From: Acidothermaceae bacterium
Lineage (GTDB): Bacteria; Actinomycetota; Actinomycetes; Acidothermales; Acidothermaceae
Assembly (NCBI GenBank): GCA_025934355.1
Contig: JAICYF010000001.1
Span: forward strand, 1-58,501
Length of the DNA stretch: 58,501 nucleotides
Direction of reading: 5' to 3'
The position numbers and the translations under genes were made by a program. Below the pieces are notes generated by a model, which had not been told where the DNA came from, did not search any database, and was given only the letters and a program-made list of their open reading frames with translations. Of the stretch, positions 50,736-58,501 are shown one piece after another (positions within the stretch are counted from its first letter, which is position 1; every line of letters starts with the position of its first letter).

Positions 50736-50798
50736 TCAACCGGCCTGCGTCAACCGGCCCGCATCAACCGGCCTGCGTCAACCGGCCCGCATCAACCA
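50736..50798. repeat. 14-bp tandem repeat TCAACCGGCC(T/C)GC(G/A), about 4.5 copies (28-bp super-unit)
   Basis: Copies lie at 50736, 50750, 50764 and 50778, with a diverged copy at 50792 that contains the stop codon of the NlpC/P60 gene. Confidence 0.9.
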
Positions 50799-51883
50799 GG
50801 GCGCGCGGCGCCGAAGTAGCCGTCGAGATACACCGGTTGCACTTGGACGACGGTCCCGGTGTGCGGTGCCGCCAACATTTGCCCGTTGCCGAGGTAGATC
50901 GCAACGTGATGGATCGTCGCCGGATTCGAGAGGTCGGTCGCCCAGAACAGCAGATCGCCCGGTTCCAACTCGCCGAGCGGCACCTTGGCGGCGATGGCGA
51001 CGTATTGCTCGGCGGCCGTACGTGGCAGGTTGACGCCGGCTTGTCGGTAGGCCCACTGGGTGAGTCCTGAGCAATCCCAGACGTCGGGGCCAGAACCGCC
51101 GTAAACGTAAGGCTTTCCAAGTTGCGTGCTGGCGGCGCTGATCGCCGCTTGGGCGACCGCGCTGCCGACGCCGTCAAGGAAGCCGGCCTGCAGCGCGGCT
51201 TGTCGGGCGGCCGCGAGTTGCGCGGCCGCGCGGGCGGCGTTCTCGGCGTCGAGCTGGGCTTGGATCTGCGCTTCGATCGTGCGCACCTGGTTGTTCGCGT
51301 CGCTGAGCGCCGCCTGCGATTTTGCGAGTGCGGTGTCGACGTCGTTCGCCGCGGTTGCAGCTTGCGCCATCAAATCGTTTTGCCGCTGCAGCAGCGCATC
51401 GACGTGAGCCTGCGCGGCGGCGGCCTGCTTGCTCGCGGCGTCGACGCTTGCCAGCGCGACCTTGTCGACGTTGAGTTGCGACTGCACATCGTGCAAGGCG
51501 GCCATCACCATCGTGGGGTCGTTGCCCTGCAAAACGCTGGTGTACAAGCCGAAACTGCCGCCCGACATGTACAGCGCCCGTGCGCGCTCGTCAATCACCG
51601 CGCGGTTGTTGGCCACCACGGATTGCGCGGCGGCAAGTTGTTCTTGGGCGGCTCGTTGCTCTCCGACCAAAGTGCCGAGTGCTGCCTCCGCGTTGTCGTA
51701 CCGTTCCGACGCCTGCTCCGCCTGCAGCTGAAGTTGAGCGACCTGATGCTGCAACGAGGCGGCCTGTGCTTTCGCGTCGCTGAGCGGGTCGGCCGCCGCG
51801 GGCATGGCCGCGCCACTCGATGCCAAAAGTGCGCTGACGACCAAGCCCGACGCGGCAACCCCTGCGAGCGCGCGACGAATCAT
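50792..51883 (-). CDS. NlpC/P60 peptidoglycan endopeptidase with coiled-coil N-terminal region (RipA-like)
   Basis: ATG 51883 overlaps the upstream stop (ATGA). The signal peptide is MIRRALAGVAASGLVVSALLASSGAAMPAAA. A long Ala/Gln coiled coil follows. The catalytic region is YGGSGPDVWDCSGLTQWAY...HHVAIYLGNG. Confidence 0.85.
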   Translation of the reverse strand: MIRRALAGVAASGLVVSALLASSGAAMPAAADPLSDAKAQAASLQHQVAQLQLQAEQASERYDNAEAALGTLVGEQRAAQEQLAAAQSVVANNRAVIDERARALYMSGGSFGLYTSVLQGNDPTMVMAALHDVQSQLNVDKVALASVDAASKQAAAAQAHVDALLQRQNDLMAQAATAANDVDTALAKSQAALSDANNQVRTIEAQIQAQLDAENAARAAAQLAAARQAALQAGFLDGVGSAVAQAAISAASTQLGKPYVYGGSGPDVWDCSGLTQWAYRQAGVNLPRTAAEQYVAIAAKVPLGELEPGDLLFWATDLSNPATIHHVAIYLGNGQMLAAPHTGTVVQVQPVYLDGYFGAARPG

Positions 51884-52350
51884 TGGGTGACCGATCGTCC
51901 CGAGCCGCTCGCGGTGATCTCGATCCAGGATCGGAGCGCGTGAATATGCCGGACGATCAGTGTCGTCGCCTCGCGTCGGACCGCGATGTGCGCGGTGCCG
52001 TCGGTGTCGAAGGTCAGGCTGTTGTCGACGACGGTCTCGCCGTGCTCGTTGGCCGTTTCCTGCGCGGCCTGCAGGGCGCTCGTCATGTCGTGGGCGTTCT
52101 GCCAAGCGTGACTGGCCGCGAGCGCGGCCGAGTTGGCGTCATCGACGGTGCTCACGTGGGCGACGCCGATCGAGACACCGTCGAAGGCCACAACGCCCGT
52201 GAGCGAGATGCCGATCACCAGCTTCGTCAGCCAACCGAGAATGATGTCGCCGCGTTCCCGCCCGCCGGGCTCGGCCGGATTCGGCCTCCAGGCGCTAGGC
52301 CCGCCAACTCGCCGCACTTGACCTACCAACCCGAAGTCACGAGGGCGCAA
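51880..52350 (-). CDS. Hypothetical membrane-anchored protein coupled to the NlpC/P60 gene
   Basis: It has a single TM helix (WLTKLVIGISLTGVVAF) and a small soluble domain. The true start is uncertain (TTG 52350, TTG 52329 or GTG 52317). Confidence 0.5.
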   Translation of the reverse strand: MRPRDFGLVGQVRRVGGPSAWRPNPAEPGGRERGDIILGWLTKLVIGISLTGVVAFDGVSIGVAHVSTVDDANSAALAASHAWQNAHDMTSALQAAQETANEHGETVVDNSLTFDTDGTAHIAVRREATTLIVRHIHALRSWIEITASGSGRSVTQ

Positions 52351-52486
52351 TTCACCCTTGGGGTTTGGTCGGCTGTCCGGACCGCCGTCTTGAGCGCCGA
52401 CGGTGCGAATGGCGGCGCCTAACTAAGCCGGTCGGACGATCGGCCAGTCTGGGCATGCGGCCAACCGGAGCAATGACACGTGCCGA

Positions 52487-54169
52487 TCAGCGCAGTCGTG
52501 ACCGGATCGCTTGCAAAAGCGTGGTGGCCTCGCCGATCCGCATGCGCGTTGTCAGCGTCAGCAGCACTGCCCCGCCGATGCCAGCCCCGGCGACCAAGCC
52601 GACAACCGCGCCAGCCAACCCGGTGCCAAGCAGATGTGTGGACAGCTCGGCCAGTGCGAACGCGACGATTCCCGCCAGTGCAGACGCCACCGTGAGCCGG
52701 ACGTAGGTGCGCAGCACCCGTCGTCCATCAACTCCGCGCAACCGGCGGCCGACGGCGCGCACCGTGAGCACGGCCGCGATCCAGTAGGACGCCGAGAAGC
52801 CCAACGCCAGGCCGAAGGCGCGCCACCCGGTCGGCAGCGACACGTAAAGGAGGACGTCGAGCGCGATGTTCGCCGCGGTGGCAACCAGGTTGATCAGCGC
52901 CGGCGTGCGGGTGTCGTGCAGCGCGTAGAAGGCGCGCAACAACAGCTGGAAAACGCAAAACGGGATCAGTCCGATGGTGAAGCCGACGATGACCCAGCCG
53001 ATGTAGCGGGCGTCGGCGTGCGACACGCTGTGGTGCCGGAACACGATTTCCGATAGCTGGGGCGCGAGGGCGAGCAGGCCGATGGTGGCGGGCACCACGG
53101 CGACCGCGGTCGTGCGCAAGCCGGTCGATAAATCCGCGCGGACGGCGGAAAAACTGCCCTCCACCGCGTGCCCGCTCATGCGCGGTAACAGCGCGGTGAT
53201 GACCGACACTGCGACGATGGCGTAGGGCAGCTGAAACAGCTGGTACGCGTAGTTGTACGCGGAGAACGTGTCGCCGTGCCCTATGTGGTGCGCTCGTGCC
53301 GCCGACCCAGCCGCGCGCCCGAGGTGGGTCACGACCGCGAACCCGATCTGATTGACGACGACGTAAACCAGCACCCAGCCGGCCAGCTTGCCGGCGGCGC
53401 CAAGCCCTGATCCGCGCCAATCGAACCGCGGTCGGTATCGAAATCCCGAGGCGCGCAGCGACGGCCACAGCGCGAGTGTTTGCACGACCACGCCCGCCGT
53501 CGTCCCGATACCAAGCAGCGCGGTCTGACCCGACGTCAATGTGACGAGGTGTTTGTGCGTGGTGACCGCGATGAACAACCCGCCGGTCACGATCAGCACG
53601 ATGTTGTTGAGCACCGGAGTCCACATCGGCGCGGCAAATCTGCCGCGGGTGTTGAGAATCGCGCCGATGGTCGCGCTCAGGCCGTAGAAGAAAATCTGTG
53701 GCAAGAAGTAACGGGCGAAGGTGATCGCAAGGGTGCGCTGGGGCCCGGTGAAGCCGCCGTAAACGTCGACGACGACGGGTGCGAACAACACCGTCAAAGC
53801 GGTGCAGGCGCCGAGCACGACCGCGACGAGCGTCAGCAATCGCTGCGCGTACAGTTCGCCGGCGCGCGCGTCGTCCTTGACAGCTTTGACCAGCAGCGGC
53901 ACGACGACGCTGGTCAAAATCCCACCGAGCAGAAGGTCGTAGACCGCGTTGGGCGCGGCGTTCGGAATGTTGTAGGCGTCGGCGAGCTGGCCAGCCGACC
54001 CGACCGCGGCGGCGATGACAATGGTGCGCAGCACACCGGTGCCTCGTGACGCGATCGTCCCGACCGCCATGACGGCGCTGTTGCGCGCGAGCGACGCGTC
54101 GTCCGAGCTGCGCGGTCTTTCGGGCGAGGATGGTGACTCGTCGACGCCGTTCGTGTTCACCGTCGTCAT
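52487..54169 (-). CDS. murJ: Lipid II flippase MurJ/MviN
   Basis: The polytopic core has about 14 TM helices, and the N-terminal region SRGTGVLRTIVIAAAVG...ADAYNIPNAAPN is MurJ-like. There is an ATGA overlap with the upstream gene. Confidence 0.9.
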   Translation of the reverse strand: MTTVNTNGVDESPSSPERPRSSDDASLARNSAVMAVGTIASRGTGVLRTIVIAAAVGSAGQLADAYNIPNAAPNAVYDLLLGGILTSVVVPLLVKAVKDDARAGELYAQRLLTLVAVVLGACTALTVLFAPVVVDVYGGFTGPQRTLAITFARYFLPQIFFYGLSATIGAILNTRGRFAAPMWTPVLNNIVLIVTGGLFIAVTTHKHLVTLTSGQTALLGIGTTAGVVVQTLALWPSLRASGFRYRPRFDWRGSGLGAAGKLAGWVLVYVVVNQIGFAVVTHLGRAAGSAARAHHIGHGDTFSAYNYAYQLFQLPYAIVAVSVITALLPRMSGHAVEGSFSAVRADLSTGLRTTAVAVVPATIGLLALAPQLSEIVFRHHSVSHADARYIGWVIVGFTIGLIPFCVFQLLLRAFYALHDTRTPALINLVATAANIALDVLLYVSLPTGWRAFGLALGFSASYWIAAVLTVRAVGRRLRGVDGRRVLRTYVRLTVASALAGIVAFALAELSTHLLGTGLAGAVVGLVAGAGIGGAVLLTLTTRMRIGEATTLLQAIRSRLR

Positions 54170-56547
54170 GACACCGGCTGGGCAGGCTGGGCTGGTGAGC
54201 TCGGGGAGCCGACGTCGACGGCGCTGTCGGCGTCCGGCGGTCCGTTACGTCGATTGCGCACTCTGCGGTAGATGCGGATGCCGGAAAGCAAGAAGAGCAG
54301 GCCGGCTGCCCCGCCCGCGATCGCCAGCGCGACGGCGCCGTACGCGGTTGAGTTCATTTCGAAGCTGACCGGTTGGCCGATCGGCCGGTTGTCTGTGGTC
54401 GTGAGTTGCGCTTGCACCTCGAAGCGGCCTCCGGTCGTCGCCTCGACTTCGACGACCACCTCGTGCCGGCTGCCGCCGCCATCGACAGTGATCGGATCGA
54501 TCCGTGTGACGGTGAGTCGGGCCGCGTTCACCGCGCGCAGGCTGACCTCGACGGTGACCGGCTCGGGCAGCTCGTTGACCACGGTCAGCGGGATCTTCTG
54601 TTTCCGGCTGGTCAGCGTGATGAGGCCGGGCTTGCTGACGAACACCTTGTTGGTGCGCGCTTGCAACTGCGAGTTGACGGCGTTGGTGATGGCAATCGCA
54701 CGTTGCGGTTGATCGCGCCACGAGCTTGACTCCGCGCGCAACAGAGCCTGGTTCGCTTGCGAGATGAACGGATCCGTCGTGGTCTGCCCGAGGATCGAGT
54801 TGAAAGCGGAAAGCCCGTCGCGAAGTGGGGTGATGGCGCCGAGCACGCGAGCCGGCAGTTCGGCGTTGCGAGCCGACGCCGGGTACGTCAGCTGCTGGCG
54901 GGCGACGTCGTCGGCAGGTTGGGCCGCGATCGTGCCGACCTTGACCGCGTCGAGCCACGGAACGTCGCCGCTGTCAGCAAGCAGTGTGGCCAGGTATGTC
55001 GTGACGTCGACATGGCGTGGCGGCGCGATGACCACCGAACTACCGGAGCCGGGCCGCTGTTCTGTGACCAGCATGGTCTCGGCTAGGAAGCGCTGCTCGG
55101 CCGCCCGCGCGCCACCGACGACGGTGGTAGGGCTGGAGACGAGCTCGTTGATCGTCGGATCCGTGAGCAAGGCGCGCACTGAACCGGATGGCGTTTGCAG
55201 ATCAGCTCGTGGCCCCGCCAAGGCGTTCGGGTCTTGCGGTTGCAGCGCCTGCCCGTCGAGCACGACGGTGGTAACCAGGTCAGACGCGAGGTCGTCGAGG
55301 GTTGCTTCGTCGAGTTGTCCGTCGACCGGCCACACCAAGTCGGGCGAGGTGGGCGCGGCCAGCTCGGAGCGCAGCATCGAAAGTCCGGTCGAGCGGGCGA
55401 TTGCTATCTCCTTGTCGAGGCCGGCCCGCTCGAGCGCCACCAAATCCGCGTCGCCGTACGGCATCGCCACCAAACCGGAACCAGGCGCCGCCACCGCCGC
55501 GCGCAGCGCGGTCAGCCAATCCGCCGCCGACGTCGCGCCCGTGCCTTGGCGGGTTTTCGTGCCGGTGGCGTCGGTGGCGACCTGATATGGGGTCGGCCCT
55601 GCACTCGCGCTCGCCGTCGGCTTATCGGTCGCGCTCGCCTTGGGGGTCGCCGTCTTCGTCGTCCCGGCGGTTGGGGTTGTCGAACTCGTCGACGGCGGCG
55701 CCGAACCACCGCCCTCGGACGACGCCGACGGCCCGCTCACGGTGGCCGCCATGGCAGTCGCGTCGTCGACAAGCGCCGGATCCACGACATAGGTGACCGG
55801 TGTCTTTGCACTCGTCGCGGTGCCGAGGAGTTTGCCCAACCGACCGTCGGGTGCGAGGTCGGCGGCGAGGGTGTCGTCAGTGAAAGTGTCTCCGAGGCCT
55901 CGGTGGATCCCGTCGGTCAGCGGCCACAGCCAGCTGATCTTCGTCGGCGTGAACTGCGCGTCTTTCGGCATCCACATGGCCGTGGTTGGCAAGCGGTCTT
56001 GTTGCGCGCCGGAGTCGTCGCGCGACGTCACCTCGACGGCGATCGGGAATGCGCCGAACTGGTCGGGCGACGTCGGCATCGAAATCCGGTCAATGGGCAG
56101 CGTCAACTGCCAGTCGATCCGCTGGCCAGGAGCGACCTTGCCGTCGTCGGTCGCCTTCTGCCGGGTCGATGACAAGACGACGCCGAACGTTGTCCGCGGG
56201 TCGGCGTCGTGCGCCAGTTGGTAGCGGGTGGTGATCCGCTGCGTCGAGATCCGCAACGCGTAGGAGACGGCGGTCAGCGTCTCGCCGGACGTGTTGACCA
56301 TCGTCCCGCTCAGCGACAGCGTGTCGCCGGCGTGCAACACCTTGGGCGTCAGCTCGTCGAGGGTGATCGCGAACCGTTGTGGCGAAGCGGACGACGAGGG
56401 TGTCGCGGCGTTTGCCGCCGGGCCCCACGTCGTCCGATCGAATGCGCCGAACGCCCCGCCGAACGCCCCGCCGAAAGCCATGACGCCGAAAGCCATGACG
56501 CCGAAAGCGACCGCGAGCGCGGCGAGCCGACGTCGCGAGCTGGTCAC
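54166..56547 (-). CDS. Large secreted/membrane-anchored protein conserved upstream of murJ (Rv3909-like)
   Basis: GTG 56547 overlaps the NUDIX stop (GTGA). It has an N-terminal hydrophobic signal/anchor, a Ser/Thr/Pro-rich linker and a C-terminal TM helix ([22 protein letters not shown]). Confidence 0.65.
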   Translation of the reverse strand: MTSSRRRLAALAVAFGVMAFGVMAFGGAFGGAFGAFDRTTWGPAANAATPSSSASPQRFAITLDELTPKVLHAGDTLSLSGTMVNTSGETLTAVSYALRISTQRITTRYQLAHDADPRTTFGVVLSSTRQKATDDGKVAPGQRIDWQLTLPIDRISMPTSPDQFGAFPIAVEVTSRDDSGAQQDRLPTTAMWMPKDAQFTPTKISWLWPLTDGIHRGLGDTFTDDTLAADLAPDGRLGKLLGTATSAKTPVTYVVDPALVDDATAMAATVSGPSASSEGGGSAPPSTSSTTPTAGTTKTATPKASATDKPTASASAGPTPYQVATDATGTKTRQGTGATSAADWLTALRAAVAAPGSGLVAMPYGDADLVALERAGLDKEIAIARSTGLSMLRSELAAPTSPDLVWPVDGQLDEATLDDLASDLVTTVVLDGQALQPQDPNALAGPRADLQTPSGSVRALLTDPTINELVSSPTTVVGGARAAEQRFLAETMLVTEQRPGSGSSVVIAPPRHVDVTTYLATLLADSGDVPWLDAVKVGTIAAQPADDVARQQLTYPASARNAELPARVLGAITPLRDGLSAFNSILGQTTTDPFISQANQALLRAESSSWRDQPQRAIAITNAVNSQLQARTNKVFVSKPGLITLTSRKQKIPLTVVNELPEPVTVEVSLRAVNAARLTVTRIDPITVDGGGSRHEVVVEVEATTGGRFEVQAQLTTTDNRPIGQPVSFEMNSTAYGAVALAIAGGAAGLLFLLSGIRIYRRVRNRRNGPPDADSAVDVGSPSSPAQPAQPVS

Positions 56548-57053
56548 GCGATGTCTGCCAGCAACCGAGGGACTTGATCGATCAGCCGGCGCTCGTCGTC
56601 GTATTCGAGGCGTTGGGCGAGTTCGCCAAGCGGCACCCACGCGACTTCGACGACCTCGATGTCCTCGTCGGACAGCTCGCCGCCCTCGGCGATCAGCAGA
56701 TAATGATGCACGGTCTTGTGGACCCGCTTGTTCTCCGCGACGAACCAGAAGTCGATGACGCCGAGCGGTGCGACGACGCGGCCGGCGATGCCGGTTTCTT
56801 CGGCGATCTCGCGGATGGCGGCCGCTTCGGGCGTCTCGCCGTCCTCGAGGTGGCCCTTCGGCAGCGACCAGACGAGGCGGCCGCGACGGTCGTGCCGGGC
56901 GATCAACGCCGCCCGCGGCTCGCGCTGACCGCCGCGCAGCTCGTCGATCACCAGCCCGCCCGCCGACGTCTCCTCAACCCGCCGCATCCGCGCTGCGCCG
57001 CGGGCGGGCGTCGCGGGGGTTTCGGGTTTCGAGGGTTTGCGTCGGGCGGCCAC
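56544..57053 (-). CDS. NUDIX hydrolase (MutT4-like by position)
   Basis: The Nudix box is [22 protein letters not shown]. Confidence 0.85.
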   Translation of the reverse strand: MAARRKPSKPETPATPARGAARMRRVEETSAGGLVIDELRGGQREPRAALIARHDRRGRLVWSLPKGHLEDGETPEAAAIREIAEETGIAGRVVAPLGVIDFWFVAENKRVHKTVHHYLLIAEGGELSDEDIEVVEVAWVPLGELAQRLEYDDERRLIDQVPRLLADIA

Positions 57054-57088
57054 CGTTCGATCGTAATGGCCGCCCGCGCCGCGACCGG

Positions 57089-57784
57089 TTAGCTCGCGAC
57101 TGGCGTGACGCTCGCGGCCGCCCGCCGGGGGCCCGGCGCTCGCCGCGCCGGCACGGCGGCGCTCGGCTGGTCGGCACCGAAGTCGAGCAGCGCGTGTGCG
57201 GGATCGAGGTCGATGCGCACCGGACGACGACGGGTTCGGTGGTCACCCGACGCCAGCACGGTCGCGCGCGACAACACGATCAGGTCGAGCGCGCGCAAGC
57301 CAAGGGCGGTGCCGCTGTCGCCTGTCGGCGTGTAGACGACGGTGGTGGCGAGGTCGGCGAGGGATTGGAGCGCGACGACGTCGACGTCCGGCGGCAACAG
57401 CAGCGGTGCGACGTGGTCGGCGAGGTAATCGGTGCGGCGGCTGACCAACTCGGCGCCGGCCCGCACGAGGGCGGGGCATTGGTCGCTTGAGTCGCTCTTA
57501 TGCGAAGCGACGGCGCCCGCCGTGCTGGCCTTCGCCAAACGCTGCCCCATGACGGCGTCGTCGATCGCGGTGTCGGCGGGTGCCAACAGCAAGGTGAGCC
57601 GGTCGGCCGACGTCGTCGACGCGTGGAACGGATGCACGGCGACGCAGCGGTGTTCAGGCAGGCCAAGCGCCTGGGCAAGGGTGACCGCGCCTGTCGGTCG
57701 AGCGGTGTTTCGCGGCAGCCGGACGATCTCGTGGTGCACGTCGTGCGCAAGTAGGAACTGGTGAATGTCGAGTGGACCTCTCAT
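57089..57784 (-). CDS. Hypothetical protein, possibly YbaK/aminoacyl-tRNA editing-domain-like
   Basis: ATG 57784 lies 8 nt after GAGGTG, and third-position GC is high. Resemblance to YbaK-type proteins is only loose, and the C-terminus is Arg/Ala-rich. Confidence 0.4.
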   Translation of the reverse strand: MRGPLDIHQFLLAHDVHHEIVRLPRNTARPTGAVTLAQALGLPEHRCVAVHPFHASTTSADRLTLLLAPADTAIDDAVMGQRLAKASTAGAVASHKSDSSDQCPALVRAGAELVSRRTDYLADHVAPLLLPPDVDVVALQSLADLATTVVYTPTGDSGTALGLRALDLIVLSRATVLASGDHRTRRRPVRIDLDPAHALLDFGADQPSAAVPARRAPGPRRAAASVTPVAS

Positions 57785-58022
57785 GCCGAGCTCACCTCGC
57801 TCACCCGGCCGATCCGCGACGTCAGATCAACGCACGGGTCGTCCTAGCATCCGATAATCGTGTCCCCCACAGACTGGCTGCCGAACGCTTTTGTTGTGTG
57901 CATCTGACCATAAGCGTGGCATCTCGGAATGAGAACCCTCCAATGCCGAAAATTCCGCTGAACTTCGGGCGACAAAACGGCGCTTCCGTCGTCCGGGCCT
58001 CGTCGCCGTACGCTTGTGTCCC

Positions 58023-58501
58023 GTGCCTGCGACTTCCTCCGCGTCCGACGCTGTTTCCCCGGACTCCGCTGACCGGCTGACCGACGCTGACCGGCTGACC
58101 GGCGCTGACCGGTTGACCGACGCTGACCGGTTGACCGACGTTCAACGCAAGGCGATCGCCGAGCTGATGCGGGTGTCGCCGGTCGCCGACGATTTGGGTC
58201 GGCTGTTCGCGCGCGGCGGCCACGAGTTGGCCTTGGTCGGTGGCTCGGTTCGTGACGCGCTACTTGGCCGGTTGGGCAACGACCTCGACTTCGCGACGAG
58301 CGCGCGGCCCGACGAGGTCCTCAAGATCGCTCGCAAATGGGCGGACAACCTGTGGGACACCGGGATTGCGTTCGGCACCGTTGGTCTGATGAAGGACGGG
58401 CATCGTCTCGAGATCACCACCTATCGGTTCGAAACCTACGAGCCTGATTCGCGAAAGCCCGAAGTGGTGTACGGGGAATCGCTGCTCGAAGACCTGCGTC
58501 G
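58023..58501 (+). CDS. cca: CCA-adding enzyme / poly(A) polymerase family protein (PcnA-like), 3' end beyond window
   Basis: The frame is open from 57933 to the window end; starts are GTG 58023 or TTG 58014. The motif is LALVGGSVRDALLGRLGNDLDFAT. It is not listed in the ORF track because there is no stop in the window. Confidence 0.85.
   Translation, partial: MPATSSASDAVSPDSADRLTDADRLTGADRLTDADRLTDVQRKAIAELMRVSPVADDLGRLFARGGHELALVGGSVRDALLGRLGNDLDFATSARPDEVLKIARKWADNLWDTGIAFGTVGLMKDGHRLEITTYRFETYEPDSRKPEVVYGESLLEDLR
58068..58139. repeat. In-frame 18-bp tandem repeat x4 in the cca N-terminus
   Basis: GCTGACCGG(C/T)TGACCG(A/G)C occurs four times and encodes ADRLTD ADRLTG ADRLTD ADRLTD. Confidence 0.95.

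Noticed and set aside
52200-52486. Possible c-di-AMP (ydaO-type) riboswitch in the leader of the hypothetical-gene/NlpC-P60 operon. The idea arose because such riboswitches precede cell-wall hydrolase genes in actinobacteria and because the ORF's first 30 codons or so look non-protein-like.
   Set aside because: Only scattered resemblances were seen (AAGGGTGAAT, GGTTGGTAGG, GGCCGAATCC, CCGGACAGCCGACC), and their order does not match the motif as I remember it. This is unresolved rather than disproved. An Infernal cmsearch with RF00379 over this interval would decide it.
57822-58223. A minus-strand ORF with GQPVS repeats opposite the cca 5' region.
   Set aside because: It is the mirror translation of the in-frame ADRLTD repeats of the CCA-adding enzyme gene. 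The plus frame continues into unmistakable CCA-enzyme motifs.

Overview
This window is the chromosomal origin region of a high-GC (roughly 70%) actinobacterium. All calls come from reading the sequence and the ORF track; no database or structure search was run. The core gene order is conserved: pstP-rodA-pbpA-pknB, trpG, sortase, DUF881, crgA, rhomboid, ppiA, tRNA-Ala, tRNA-Ile, DUF3566, gyrA, gyrB, dciA, recF, gnd, dnaN, oriC, dnaA, rpmH-rnpA-yidD-yidC-jag-rsmG-parA-parB. It continues with ddl, an aminotransferase, a GNAT, cwlM, trxA, trxB, anti-sigma/sigM, an MviN-associated pseudokinase, an NlpC/P60 hydrolase, murJ, an Rv3909-like protein, a NUDIX protein and the start of the CCA-adding enzyme. 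The main accessory feature is a visibly lower-GC island of about 10.3 kb (11785..22095). It is bounded by a perfect 50-bp direct repeat made of the 5' half of tRNA-Ala. It splits the ancestral tRNA-Ile / DLW-39 / tRNA-Ala locus. The island carries three things: (i) a StrR-type ParB-fold regulator with a secreted Cys-containing protein, an ABC ATPase, two polytopic membrane proteins and a DUF2079-like protein; (ii) a decayed tyrosine integrase; (iii) a two-gene pair, a PD-(D/E)xK/QxxxY nuclease-like protein plus a 2-TM protein, that I cannot assign to a named system and consider the best candidate for something new. Other points of note:
- a HEPN/MNT toxin-antitoxin-like pair with a perfect palindromic operator;
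- two perfect parS sites inside the parA 5' region;
- a SigR/SigH-type promoter upstream of trxB;
- several short tandem-repeat arrays, two of which start at a gene's stop codon;
- a convergent DnaA-box pair far from oriC.
Two small genes are absent from the ORF track: rpmH and a DLW-39 family gene.
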